DNA of 64,000 bases from Sedimentisphaerales bacterium (GTDB taxonomy: Bacteria > Planctomycetota > Phycisphaerae > Sedimentisphaerales > Anaerobacaceae). Positions 53,101 to 63,939 of the stretch are shown here, one piece after another. Position numbers and translations under genes: made by a program. Position 1 is the first letter of the stretch, and each line of letters begins with the position of its first letter. A model generated the notes under the pieces. The model ran no database searches, was not told the DNA's origin, and saw nothing but the letters and a program-made list of their open reading frames with translations. The stretch covers positions 5,248,001-5,312,000 of the forward strand of contig OY970194.1 of assembly GCA_963708075.1 (NCBI GenBank), read 5' to 3'.

Positions 53101-54219
53101 ATGAGAAACGAAGACCGCATGAGAGAGCCGCGCAACCGGGTTGTTCAAGTCAGGCGCTTCGGCGGTCCCGACGAGCTGGAGGTGGTCGACGCTCCCCTGC
53201 CGACGGCCGGCCGGGGCGAGGTGCGGGTCCGCGTGCTCGCCTCGAGCGTGGAGTACACCGACGTGGTGATCCGGCGCCACCTCTACCCGCAAACGATGCG
53301 CCGCCGGCCGCCGTTCGTGCTGGGCTATGACGTCGTCGGGGAAATCGATCAGCTCGGCGATGGCGTGCGCGGCTTTCAGGTTGGCGACCGCGTGGCCGAT
53401 ATGACGGTACTCGGGTCGAACGCCGCCTATCGCACGCTCCGGGCCGACCGCCTGACCCGCGTGCCGGCGGGCGTCGACGCGGCGGAGGCGGCCGCGCTGA
53501 TCTTGAGCTGGACGACCGCATACCAGCTCCTTCACCGCGCGGCCCGGGTGCAGCGAGGACAGCGCGTGCTCGTGCAGGGAGCCGCCGGCGCCGTCGGTCA
53601 GGCGCTGCTCGTGCTCGGCAGGCTGGCCGGCCTCGAGCTGTGGGGCACCGCGCGCGGCGCGCACGCGGCGCTGGTCCGCGAGCTCGGCGCCACGCCGATC
53701 GACTACCAACGCGAAGACTTCACGCGCGTCCTGCCGGGCGGGTTCGACGTCGTCTTCGACGGCGTCGGCGAGGACGGCTATCGCCGCTCGTTCGCGGCGC
53801 TCAAGCGCGGCGGCCTGCTCTGCGCCTACGGCTACACGGCGGGCGTGCAGGCGCAGCGTCGCCTGCTCACCATCCTGATGTGGATTGCGCGCGTGTATCT
53901 ATGGAGGCGGCTGCTGAGTTGGTTGCCTGGCGGCAAGCGCGTCCGCGTCTACTCGATCAACGCGATGCGGGCGCGACATCCCGCCTGGTTCCGGGAGGAC
54001 CTGGAGCGGCTCTTCGGCCTGTTGGCAACTGGCGCCATCCGGCCGCGCGTCGCCGAGCGGATCTCCTTCGACGAGGTCGCCGAGGCACACCGCCGTCTCG
54101 AGGCGGGCGGTCTCGAGGGCAAGCTCGTCCTGTGCCCGGACCTGCCGTCGCGACGCGACCGGGTGCCGCCTCAGGGCGAGCCGGGCGCCCCTGCCGTCCA
54201 GGCCCCGCCTGCGACCTGA
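53101..54219 (+). CDS. Medium-chain dehydrogenase/reductase (quinone oxidoreductase-like)
   Basis: PFVLGYDVVG, TAYQLL, GAAGAVG, GKLVL. Confidence 0.9.
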   Translation: MRNEDRMREPRNRVVQVRRFGGPDELEVVDAPLPTAGRGEVRVRVLASSVEYTDVVIRRHLYPQTMRRRPPFVLGYDVVGEIDQLGDGVRGFQVGDRVADMTVLGSNAAYRTLRADRLTRVPAGVDAAEAAALILSWTTAYQLLHRAARVQRGQRVLVQGAAGAVGQALLVLGRLAGLELWGTARGAHAALVRELGATPIDYQREDFTRVLPGGFDVVFDGVGEDGYRRSFAALKRGGLLCAYGYTAGVQAQRRLLTILMWIARVYLWRRLLSWLPGGKRVRVYSINAMRARHPAWFREDLERLFGLLATGAIRPRVAERISFDEVAEAHRRLEAGGLEGKLVLCPDLPSRRDRVPPQGEPGAPAVQAPPAT

Positions 54220-54297
54220 GGCCTGCGAGCATGCTTTGTCCATCGAGTCGAACATGTCTACGCAAGCGTAGACATGGCACCCGGCCAGTTAGTTTCT

Positions 54298-54369
54298 TAG
54301 GAGCGCAGCGAGGCAATCTCCCACCTCCGGGACTGAGATTGCTTCGTCGCTGCGCTCCGCGCAATGACA
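54298..54369. repeat. TGTCATTGCG-type palindromic repeat
   Basis: GGAGCGCAGCGA.GCAATCTC...GAGATTGCTTCGTCGCTGCGCTCC...GCAATGACA. Confidence 0.65.
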
Positions 54370-54473
54370 TCCACTGCCTTGAGATGGTTTCCAAGGACTC
54401 GGCTTGGCCGGCGCACATCAGACATTCTCGCGCCGATTTCGACCCGGTGCACAGGATTTGATACAATGGGGGC

Positions 54474-55493
54474 ATGAGCAAGGATTTGAAAGATAAGACG
54501 CTGGACGAGCTTGAGGCGGTTGTGACCGAGCTGGGGCAGAAGAAGTACCTGGCCGGCTACATCTTCAAGTTCATCCATGTGCAGAACGGGCACGATATTT
54601 CCGCGCTGAGCACACTGAGCAAGGCGTTTCGGGCGCAGCTCGTCGAGCAGGGGTACTTCATCTCGCAACTCAAGGTCATCCAGAGCCTGAGCGACCCGGA
54701 CGGCTCGATGAAATTCCTGTTCGAGCTTCCCGACGGCGAGCGGATCGAGTCGGTGCTTCTGCCGGAGGACAAGCGAAGGACGCTGTGCGTATCCACGCAG
54801 GTCGGCTGCGCGATGGGCTGCAGTTTCTGTGCGACGGCGAAGATTCGTCTGCGGCGGAGCCTGACGGCGGGCGAGATCGTCGATCAGGTCAATACGGCAC
54901 AAGAGCATGCGGGCGAGATCACCGGCGTTGTCTATATGGGCATGGGCGAGCCGTTCCAGAATTATGACGCCGTGCTCAAGAGCATCCGGATCCTGAACCA
55001 TCCGGCCGGCAAGAACATCGGCATCCGGCACATCACGATCAGTACGTGCGGCGTTGTGCCGGGGATCGAGCGGCTCGCCAACGAGGATATCCACCCCCGG
55101 CTGGCCATCTCCCTCAACGCGCCCACGGATACGCTCCGCAGCAAGTTGATGCCGATCAATGACAAGTACTCGCTGGCCGAGCTGCTCGAGGCGGTGCGGA
55201 CCTATCAGGCCAGGACCGGCCAGCGCGTGACGTTTGAGTACGTCCTGATGGACGAGGTGAATGATTCGGTCGTGCACGCCCGCATGCTGGTCAAGCTGCT
55301 TCGCGGCATCATGTACAACATCAATCTCATCGAGCACAACCCGTACCAGGGCTTCGAGCACGCCGCCAGCAGCCGGCAGCACATCCAGCGATTCGCGTCG
55401 GTCCTCAAGGACGCCGGCGTCGAGACGACGATCCGGTTCCGCATGGGCCGGGGCATCAAGGCCGCCTGTGGCCAGCTCCAGGCCGGATACTAG
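54474..55493 (+). CDS. rlmN: 23S rRNA/tRNA C2-adenine methyltransferase (radical SAM)
   Basis: CVSTQVGCAMGCSFCAT, MGMGEP, AACGQL. Confidence 0.95.
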   Translation: MSKDLKDKTLDELEAVVTELGQKKYLAGYIFKFIHVQNGHDISALSTLSKAFRAQLVEQGYFISQLKVIQSLSDPDGSMKFLFELPDGERIESVLLPEDKRRTLCVSTQVGCAMGCSFCATAKIRLRRSLTAGEIVDQVNTAQEHAGEITGVVYMGMGEPFQNYDAVLKSIRILNHPAGKNIGIRHITISTCGVVPGIERLANEDIHPRLAISLNAPTDTLRSKLMPINDKYSLAELLEAVRTYQARTGQRVTFEYVLMDEVNDSVVHARMLVKLLRGIMYNINLIEHNPYQGFEHAASSRQHIQRFASVLKDAGVETTIRFRMGRGIKAACGQLQAGY

Positions 55494-55497
55494 GGAA

Positions 55498-55602
55498 AAT
55501 CAAATATCAAAAGTCAAAGATCAAGATTGCAGGTCAAAAACCGAGGCGCATCGCCGGAGGCGATTCCACACTTTTGATCTTTGATTTTTGGTGTTTGATA
55601 TT
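55498..55602. repeat. Heptamer-repeat hairpin between convergent genes
   Basis: (ATCAAA-N)n arm and (TTTGAT-N)n arm. Confidence 0.65.
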
Positions 55603-55605
55603 GGT

Positions 55606-56505
55606 CTAGGCGGCGAGGATTTCGTCTTTGAGTTGGGGCCCGGCGGAGGTCCAATCGAGGAGTTCGACTTCGCCGAGCGGGGAGATGATCAGGAAGTCGT
55701 TGGTCCGGCCGGTCCAGGAGCCGCTGTTGAAGAACCAGTCGCCGAATGTTGCGGCGTGGTGCGTGTGGCCGACGATTGCGACGTCATACAAGTCGTCAAC
55801 TCTATCCTCGTAGTAGTGAGTGATCATGTGCTGCGTGCGAATTTGCCGGGTCAGCAGGCGGACTTTTTCCGCCGACGTTCGGACGCGGCCTTCGCGCAGG
55901 GCCTTGTTCACGCCGTGTCGCAGCCGGCCCCGAAGCCGCACAATGGGGTCGTCAATCGCCAGCGAACCGCGTTCGAGCATGCCCTTCGCCGCGCGGATCT
56001 CATCGCGCAGCTCGTAACGATGCGTCATCGCCCCGATCATCCGGCCGAGGTTCTTCCAGCCTGCGTTGACGAACGGATCGATCTCATGGCCGTGCATGAA
56101 GCGGAACCGCCGGCCCCCGATGGATTGTGTGAAGGCCTCCGTGATCCGGGTGAAGAACGGGTGGAGCGGGCAGTACGGATCGACCACGGAGAACACGTCC
56201 TCGTCGTGGTTGCCCGGCACGTACACGGCTCGCATGGCGGCCAGATGGTCCAGCAGATCGCGCCGCCGCACGAGGATGCTCTCGATCGGGTAGCGAAGCA
56301 ACTCGAAGAAATCGCCGAGGATGACCAGTTGCCCGTTCTGCTTTTCGACGTAGTTGAGGAAGCTGTTGAAGAGCAGCTCGCGGCCGGCACGATGCAGATT
56401 ATCCATCCGCGACCGATCCCCCATGTGCAGGTCGCTGACGACAAAGACCGACTTACCTTGATTGAGAACTATGTGGACACCCTTTCCTGAGCTTGGTACA
56501 ACCAC
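55606..56505 (-). CDS. Calcineurin-like metallophosphoesterase (LpxH-like)
   Basis: SDLH, LGD, GNHD, HGH, GHTH, NSGSW. Confidence 0.88.
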   Translation of the reverse strand: MVVPSSGKGVHIVLNQGKSVFVVSDLHMGDRSRMDNLHRAGRELLFNSFLNYVEKQNGQLVILGDFFELLRYPIESILVRRRDLLDHLAAMRAVYVPGNHDEDVFSVVDPYCPLHPFFTRITEAFTQSIGGRRFRFMHGHEIDPFVNAGWKNLGRMIGAMTHRYELRDEIRAAKGMLERGSLAIDDPIVRLRGRLRHGVNKALREGRVRTSAEKVRLLTRQIRTQHMITHYYEDRVDDLYDVAIVGHTHHAATFGDWFFNSGSWTGRTNDFLIISPLGEVELLDWTSAGPQLKDEILAA

Positions 56506-56600
56506 TAACGTAGTTTATATCGGCTGGGTTCGCCCGTTTCCACAGACAAATGCGCGGATTTTACGCAATTGCAGGATAGGGCGGTTAGCAAGGTGTTTTC

Positions 56601-57551
56601 GTGGCAGCCAAGGGCAGAATCATCACGATCGGATTATCGCCGGCGTGGGACATCAGTTGTCGCGGCGCGGGGCTCGACTGGGGCCGGCATGTCGAGATCG
56701 ACGAGCAGGTAGTCCGGCCGGCGGGCAAGGCACTGAACGTCTCCTATGCGCTGGCGTGGCTGGGCCGGGAGAGCATTGCCGCGGGATTATGGGGCCGTGA
56801 GGACTATAGCCAGATGAACAGCGCCGTGCGGCGGCTCGGCGGGGGGATACGAACCAGCATGACGACCGGCCCGGGCAGCACCCGGCGCAATATCACAGTT
56901 GTCGACACACTCCGCCACCGCGAGATGCACCTGCGGCTCAGAAGCGAGCTGGCATCGCAGCGGTCCCTGCGACGGCTCAACGCGGACCTGGAGCAACTCG
57001 TCCGCAAAGGCGATACATGCGTCTTCGCCGGCGCGATGCCCGGCGGTGATCTTCCGGAGCGGGTCGTCGATCTCGTGCACACCTGCCATCGTGCCGGCGC
57101 CCGCATCGTCGTCGACACCTACGGTCCCGCCCTCGCGAGGATCGTGGACGCGGGCCTGGCCTGGGCGATCTCCCCCAATGTCGAGGAGTTGCGCGGGCTG
57201 CTGGGTCGCGAGGTTGCGAACACCCCGGCGAGACTGGCCACGGCGGCCCGGCCGCTGCTGGAGAAGGTGAGTACGATCCTGATCAGCCGCGGCGCCGAGG
57301 GCGCAGTGGTTATCACGAATGGTGGAACGTGGACCGGCCGGTCCAGAGGCCGGCGCAAAGCGTTATCCACTGTCGGCTGCGGCGATTACCTGCTGGCCGG
57401 CTTCCTCGCGGGCCTGCAGGATGCCGCCGATCCCGGAGCCGCTCTGGCAACAGGCTTGAAGGTGGCCGCCGCCCGTGCCTGGGGCTGGACGGAAACCAAG
57501 CCCTGGCCGCAGGCCGACAACGAGATCCAGGTGAGCATCAAGCCTCTTTGA
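56601..57551 (+). CDS. PfkB family (1-phosphofructokinase-like) kinase
   Basis: AGKALNVS, PNVEEL, STVGCGD. Confidence 0.9.
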   Translation: MAAKGRIITIGLSPAWDISCRGAGLDWGRHVEIDEQVVRPAGKALNVSYALAWLGRESIAAGLWGREDYSQMNSAVRRLGGGIRTSMTTGPGSTRRNITVVDTLRHREMHLRLRSELASQRSLRRLNADLEQLVRKGDTCVFAGAMPGGDLPERVVDLVHTCHRAGARIVVDTYGPALARIVDAGLAWAISPNVEELRGLLGREVANTPARLATAARPLLEKVSTILISRGAEGAVVITNGGTWTGRSRGRRKALSTVGCGDYLLAGFLAGLQDAADPGAALATGLKVAAARAWGWTETKPWPQADNEIQVSIKPL

Positions 57552-57656
57552 GACGAGCATCCTCGCAATATGAATTGCTGACTGGACATTCATCGCAGGC
57601 TGGCATATGATCTGGGCCGCCTTAATCATTTACCCTTACTTGGAGGATCAGAGACC

Positions 57657-58629
57657 ATGGCGAACATGAGATTTCGGGCAATCATTCCGGCGGTCAGTTC
57701 CATCGTCCTTATCATCCTGTGCGGCAGCGCCGCGGCGGCCACGCAACTGCAATGGAAGCTGGCCAAGGGCAAAATGTATTACCAGAGAACTGTAATCGAG
57801 CAGCAGATCACCCAGACTGTGATGGGACAGGAGCAGAAGATCGAGCAGAGCATCGGAATCGGGCATAAGCTTCAGGTGCTTGATGTCGATCCTCAAGGGA
57901 ACATGCGGATCCAGTACACCTATCTGTGGTCGAAGCTCAAGCAGATCAATCCGATGGTCCAGATCGATTACGACTCTTCACAAAAGTCGCCGGTTCCCGC
58001 AGGAGCGGAAGGCTTCGCCGCCCTCGTCGGCCAGAGCTACACGGTCAAAATGACTCCACAGGGCAAGATTCTCGACGTCAACGGCGTGGAGCAATTGCGG
58101 GATGCGGTTCTCAAGAAGCTCCCTCCGGGGATGGACGCGACGGTGGGGATGAACCCGGTGGCAGGGTACATCGATAAGGAGAGCCTCAAGCAGATGACTG
58201 AGGCCGGTACGGCCATCTATCCGGACAAGCCCGTAAACCCGGGTGACTCGTGGAACAAAGAGAACCACCATGGTGGTAGGCTTCAAGACGATTATTCAGT
58301 CCAAATGGACGCTGCAGAAAGAGCTGGATGGCGTTGCCACGATTGGTGTGGTAGCCACGATGCGGACCGATCCCAGCGGGCCGGCTATGGAGACCCAGGG
58401 CATGAAGATGCGGTTTGCTCTATCAGGCCCCCAGGAGGGCACGATCCAGGTGGCGGAGGCGACCGGTCTGGTCACGACCGGCAAAGTGCGCACGCAGCTC
58501 AAAGGGGATATCCAGGTAGGCCAGGCAGGAGCTGCGGCGGACGCACCACCTATGATGACCATACCCATGCTCATCGACACGCGGACCACCAGCGAAATGA
58601 GCGAGCAGATGTGGAAAACCAGCCCATAG
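57657..58629 (+). CDS. Secreted DUF6263-like protein (indel near 58260)
   Basis: QTVMGQEQ, DYDS, YPDKPVNPGDSW; continues in ORF 58243-58629. Confidence 0.65.
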
Positions 58630-58680
58630 GGTCGGTCGCACCGGCATGCAGGGCTTCTGTTTTTTCTGCAAAATAAAGGG

Positions 58681-58709
58681 TTGACTCCGCACACCGGGTC
58701 GTATATAGT
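58681..58709 (+). promoter_or_regulatory. Sigma70 promoter of tRNA-Gln/glmU operon
   Basis: TTGACT-17-TATAGT with upstream A-rich tract. Confidence 0.75.
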
Positions 58710-58748
58710 CTGTGGTTTAAGACTGCCTTGTCGCACGGGGTAGACGTT

Positions 58749-59262
58749 TGGATTTTCGATTTACGAATTTTGAGTTACGATTTGGGCCTGCTTGAGAAGC
58801 GGGTCAGTTCCGACTGTTCCGCCTTCAAATCGCAAATCATAGATCGTAAATCATAGATCCATAGGGGTCAGCAGAATCACGGCATGGCTGACTCAAGCCT
58901 CCGACAGGGTCTTACCGGACCGCTCCAAAGCGGTTTCCGTGACAAGCGTTTGGATTTGCGAATTACGATTCTTGATTCATGATTTGGCGTGGCCGCAGCG
59001 GTGCGATGTGCTCTGGGCGTCCTGCCTTCAAATCGTAAATCAAGAATCGTAAATCATAAATCTTCGATCGGATTACCCGGTGGTGTAATCGGCAACACAG
59101 GAGGTTTTGGTCCTCCTATTCCAGGTTCGAGTCCTGGCCGGGTAGCTTTGGAAAGTACGAATTACGATTTATGATTGACGATTTGGCCTCGCTCGCGGGT
59201 TGGAGAAGGTCTCGAGGTCCAGTCTTCAAATCGTAAATCGTAAAGGATAAATCGTAAATCGG
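58749..59262. repeat. Three heptamer-armed hairpins (58749-58861, 58950-59066, 59156-59262)
   Basis: (TTACGAT)n left arms and (ATCGTAA)n right arms around unique cores. Confidence 0.8.
59074..59145 (+). tRNA. tRNA-Gln(UUG)
   Basis: Acceptor TACCCGG/CCGGGTA, anticodon stem GGAGG/CCTCC with loop TTTTGGT, T-arm CCAGG-TTCGAGT-CCTGG; no encoded CCA. Confidence 0.97.
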
Positions 59263-59271
59263 AATGGTTTG

Positions 59272-60509
59272 ATGGCAGAACGAGTTGCGATACTGCTGGC
59301 GGCCGGGGTGAGCAGCCGGATGAATACCAAGCTGCCGAAGGTGCTGCACGAAGTGACCGGCCGGCCCATGCTGGCGTACGTGCTCGATGCGTGCCGAAGT
59401 GTCGGCGTAGACAAGATTTACGTCGTCGTCGGCTTCGGCGCCGAGCAGGTCAAGGAGCGGTTCGCCGCCGAGTCGAGGGACATCGTCTGGGTACATCAGC
59501 CCAAGCAGTTGGGAACGGCCCATGCGGTCATGTGCTGCAAGGAGCATCTGCAGAATTTCGACGGGCCAGACGCTCGTGCTGTGCGGCGATGGACCGCTGA
59601 TCCGGGCCAAGACCCTCCAGACGCTGATCGAGAAGCACGAGGCCGAGCAATCCGCGGCGACGCTGGCCACGGCGGTCCTGGACGACCCGACCGGCTACGG
59701 CCGCATCGTCCGCGACGCCTACGGCAATATGCAGGGCATCGTGGAGGACAGCGACTGCACGCCGGCGCAGCGGGCCGTCAGGGAAGTGAACCCGAGCTAC
59801 TACCTGTTCAACAACCAGGTGCTGTTCGGGGCGTTGGAGCAGGTCAAGCCGAACAACGTCAAGAAGGAATACTACCTGACGGATGCCTTGTCGCTGATCA
59901 TCGCGACGGGCCACAAGGTCGTGGCGGTCACGGCGGTTCGGCCGGAAGAGGCCATGGGCGTCAACAGCCGGGCCCAGCTGCAGCGTGGCCAGCAAGATCA
60001 TGCAGCACCGCGTCCAGCAGGAGCTGATGGAGAACGGCGTGACGATCGTGGATCCGGACAACACCTGGATCGACGCCCGCGCGCAAGATCGGGCAGGACA
60101 CGGTGATCGAGCCGTTCGTATATATTCACGGGCGAGGTGAAGATCGGCCGCGACTGCCGGATCGGGCCGTTTGCCTTCCTGCGGGATGGAACCGTGATCG
60201 GCGACGACGTCGTGCTCGGCGTGTTCACCGAGGTCAAGAACACCACGCTGGCCGACGGCGTCCGGGCCCGGCATCACAGCTATCTGGGCGACGCCGATAT
60301 CGGACGGCAACGTGAACGTCGGGGCCGGATCGATCACCGCCAATTTCGACGGCGAGAACGATGCAACCGGACGGCCGTCGGGCGACGACTGCTACATCGG
60401 CTCCGGCGCCGTTCTGATCGCGCCGCTGGTCCTCAAGACCGGCGCACGAATCGGTGCGGGGACGGTCGTTTCGCAGGATGACGTCGACAAGCTCGGCGCG
60501 AAAGGATAG
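59272..60509 (+). CDS. glmU: Bifunctional GlmU-like protein (multiple indels)
   Basis: LAAG.SSRM...PKVLH, QLGTAHAV, TGYGRIVR, EYYLTD, SYLGDA, GAGSITANFDG. Confidence 0.92.
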
Positions 60510-60538
60510 TCGCAACACGGCAGGCAAGGGGCGACCAG

Positions 60539-61494
60539 ATGTTTCTGAATGACAACCTGAAAATATTCTCCGGGAGCAGCAATCCGGCACTGACCGTCGA
60601 GGTCTGCAAGTACCTGGGCATCCCGGTCGGCGGCGCCAAGATCAGCACGTTCCCGGACGGCGAGAAGCTGATCCGGATCGAGGACGACGTGCGCGGCCGC
60701 GACTGCTTCGTCGTCCAGTCCACGTGCAGGCCGGTGGATGAGCACCTGATGGAGCTGTTGATCTACCTGGATTGCCTGCGCCGGGCCAGCGCCAAGCGGA
60801 TCACGGCGGTGATCCCGTACTTCGGGTATGCCCGCCAGGACCGCAAGGACGAGGGCCGCGTGCCGATCACGGCCAAGCTGGTGGCGAATCTCATCACCAC
60901 GGCCGGGGCCGACCGCGTGCTGGCGATCGATCTGCACGCCCACCAGTTGCAGGGGTTCTTCGACATCCCGGTGGATCATCTGACGGGCGAGCTGGTGCTG
61001 AGCCGGTATTTCCGGGACAAGAAGATCGCGGACCTGAGCGGTGGTGTCGCCGGACGTGGGCAACATCAAGACGGCGGCCCGCTACGCCGCCCATCTCAAC
61101 GGCGATCTGGCGATCGTCCACAAGAAGCGGCATCAGCGGCTCGCAGGTCCAGGCGGGCGAGCTGATCGGCTCGGTGGAAGGCTGCAACGTGCTGATGTGC
61201 GACGACATCATCGCGACCGCCGGAACGATCTGCAGGCGGCCGAGCTGGTGAAGCAGCGCGGGGCCAAGAACGTATGCGTGGGCGTCACGCATGGCGTGTT
61301 CGCCGGCCCGGCGCTGGAGCGGCTGGAGAAGGCGCCCGATCGACGAGGTCGTCGTGACCAACACGATCCCGCTGACCGAAGAGGCGAAGAAGATCAAGAA
61401 GATCAAGGTTCTGAGCGTGGCCGCCATGCTTGGCGAGGCGATCAAGCGGATTCACAGGGACGAATCGGTGAGCAGTCTGTTCGCCGTCATGTAA
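60539..61494 (+). CDS. prs: Ribose-phosphate pyrophosphokinase (multiple indels)
   Basis: [34 protein letters not shown]. Confidence 0.95.
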
Positions 61495-61564
61495 GACAGA
61501 ACGCGTTTGTAATGCATGAGCACAAACTGGGTTTGCATAGATAAGTTGATCAGGTGAGAGACTT

Positions 61565-62220
61565 ATGGCAAAGACAGTATCGTTAGAGGCACAGATTCGA
61601 CAGAACATCGGCTCGAAGGCGGCTTCGGCGGCCCGCAAACAAGGCCGCATCCCCGCCGTCGTGTACGGTCACCAGGAGCAAGCCGTGGCGATCTCGCTGA
61701 ACGCCCATGATTTTCTCGAAGGGCTTCATCACGGGCAGCGGCTGATGGATCATCACGATCGACGGGAACACGCGAAAAGATGCTCATCAAGGAGCTGCAG
61801 TACGACCATCTCGGCCGCGAGGTCGTCCACGTCGACCTGATGCGCGTCGATGTGACGGAAATGATCACGGTGAGCGTGCCGCTCGAGCTCAAGGGCATGG
61901 CCAAGGGCGTGGCAGGAAGGCGGCGTCATCGAGTCGCACACGAACCACCTCGAGGTGGAGTGCCTGGCGATCAACATTCCTGAGATGATCGTCGTGTCGG
62001 TCAAGGAGCTGGATGTGGACCAGTCGATCCACGCCGGCGACGTTCAAGCTGCCCGAGGGTGTGACGCTCGTCACTCCGGCCGAGGTCCTTGTCGTCGTCT
62101 GCCGCGTGCTGCCAGGAGACCAAGACCACCGAGCAGGTAGAGGCGGAAGCCCCGGCGGCTCCTGAGGTCATCACGGAGAAGAAGCCTGAAGAGGGCGCTG
62201 CGGAAGAAGAGAAGAAGTGA
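61565..62220 (+). CDS. rplY: 50S ribosomal protein L25/Ctc (multiple indels)
   Basis: GRIPAVVYG, IKELQ, HVDL, PEVITEKK. Confidence 0.92.
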
Positions 62221-62250
62221 TTTGGCCGTGCTGAGCGGAGACCGGAACCG

Positions 62251-62832
62251 ATGGCTGACGTCAGGCTTGTTGTCGGTCTGGGAAATCCGGGTCCGGAGTA
62301 CGCCGAGACGCGGCACAACCTGGGCTTCAAGGTGATCGAGACCCTGGAGGATGCGTCTGGGAATCGAGGTCAAGCAGCGGAAGTTCAACGCCCGGATCGG
62401 CGAAGGCGTCTATGCGGGCACGCGGCTGATCCTGATGAAGCCGTGGAAGTTCATGAACCGCAGCGGGGAGTCCGTGGCCACGGCCGTGGGCTTCTACAAG
62501 CTGGACCTGCGCGACCTGATCGTGGTCACGGACGACATGGCCCTGGAGATCGGTCGGATCCGCGTGCGGGCCCAGGGCTCGGCCGGCGGGCACAACGGGT
62601 TGGCCGACATCATTGAGAAGCTCGGGTCCAACGAGTTTGCCCGCTGCCGCGTCGGGATCGGCCAGTGCGCCGGGCGCCGAGGCGGTCGGCTACGTGCTGG
62701 GCCGGCCGCGAGCCGCAGGAAAAGCCGCTGCTGAACCAGGCGATTCTCAGGGCCCGCGACGCCGTGCTGTGCTGGCTGCGGTTTGGCATCGAGAAAACGA
62801 TGAATGAGTTCAACAGGGTGCAGGAGCAATGA
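62251..62832 (+). CDS. pth: Peptidyl-tRNA hydrolase (multiple indels)
   Basis: [30 protein letters not shown]. Confidence 0.95.
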
Positions 62833-62894
62833 CCGCGCTGGATTGGTTGAGCGTGAGTGGCATTACTCACAATCGGGAGGTCATAGGTTCACAA

Positions 62895-63378
62895 ATGGCT
62901 GCAAAGCGATTGTACGAAGGGATGTTTCTGGTGGATTCGGCCCTGGCGACCGCCGACTGGGATGGCACGCTGGCCATGGTCGACAATATCCTGAAACGGG
63001 CGGATGCGGAAATCGTCGCGCTCCGCAAGTGGGGCGAGCGCAAACTCGCCTACGACATCGAGCACAAGACGCGCGGGACGTACATCCTGGCGTACTTCAA
63101 GGCCGACGACGCAGCGGATCGGAGGCATCGAGAAGGACGTGCAGCTCTCCGAGAAGATCATGCGTGTTTTGATCCTCACGACGGAAGGCCGGCCGCCGGA
63201 CCTGATCGACCGGGATATCGCCGGTCTGCCCAAGCCGGAGCCGGTGCCTGAGCCTGAGCCCGCAGGGCCGGCTCGCCGCCCGGCGCCCGTTGGCGTGGGC
63301 GACGAGGGCCCCGCGATCGGGGAAGAGGAAGGCGCCGAGCCGGAGATGGCGTCGGAGCCCGGGCCCGAGGAGCCGTAA
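62895..63378 (+). CDS. rpsF: 30S ribosomal protein S6 (indel)
   Basis: YEGMFL, WGERKLAY.I, acidic tail. Confidence 0.93.
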
Positions 63379-63491
63379 CCCCCGGCGGATCGGCCGACGC
63401 AGGGAAGTCGGAAATGATATCCGCTGCGCCCGTCGCTGGAGTGAACGGGCGTGCAGCGGGTGGTGGCAGTTAGTTTTACAGGAGCAGTCTT

Positions 63492-63925
63492 ATGGCTGGC
63501 TTTAACAAGGTTCTGCTGATGGGCAATCTGACGCGCGACCCACAGCTTTCGTACACGCCGAACCAGACCGCGGTCGTGGACTTCGGCGTCGCGACGAATC
63601 GACGTGGACCGGCCAGGACGGAACGCAGCGCGACGAGACGTGTTTTGTGGACTGCCGGGCCTTCGGGCGCACGGCGGAGAATATCAACAAATTCTTCAAA
63701 AAGGGCAAGCCGATCTTCCTCGAAGGCCGGCTGACGTTTGACAGTTGGACGGCCCAGGACGGATCCAAAAAGAGCAAGCTCCGGGTGACGGTCGAGAACT
63801 TCCAGTTCCTGCCGGGCACCGGAGGCGGACCGAGTGGGCCCGAGCAGGAGCCCGGACCCGATTCCGATGCCCCGCCGCAGGGACGCCCCGCCGGCCAGAT
63901 ACCCGATTCGGACATACCATTTTAG
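63492..63925 (+). CDS. ssb: Single-stranded DNA-binding protein (indel)
   Basis: NKVLLMGNLTRDP, EGRL, C-terminal DIPF. Confidence 0.95.
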
Positions 63926-63939
63926 TTGTGAGGTGATAC

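Noticed and set aside
58727..58946. c-di-GMP-I riboswitch or second tRNA
   Set aside because: Only fragmentary resemblance (AAGCCTCCG); no GNRA tetraloop/receptor layout, no T-loop or cloverleaf
58749..59262. CRISPR array
   Set aside because: Units are degenerate heptamer hairpins at ~205-bp spacing with a tRNA between them; no cas genes
59272..63925. Frameshifted glmU, prs, rplY, pth, rpsF and ssb as pseudogenes or programmed recoding
   Set aside because: Essential genes with intact motifs and no obvious nonsense decay; dense single-base indels fit low-coverage long-read error
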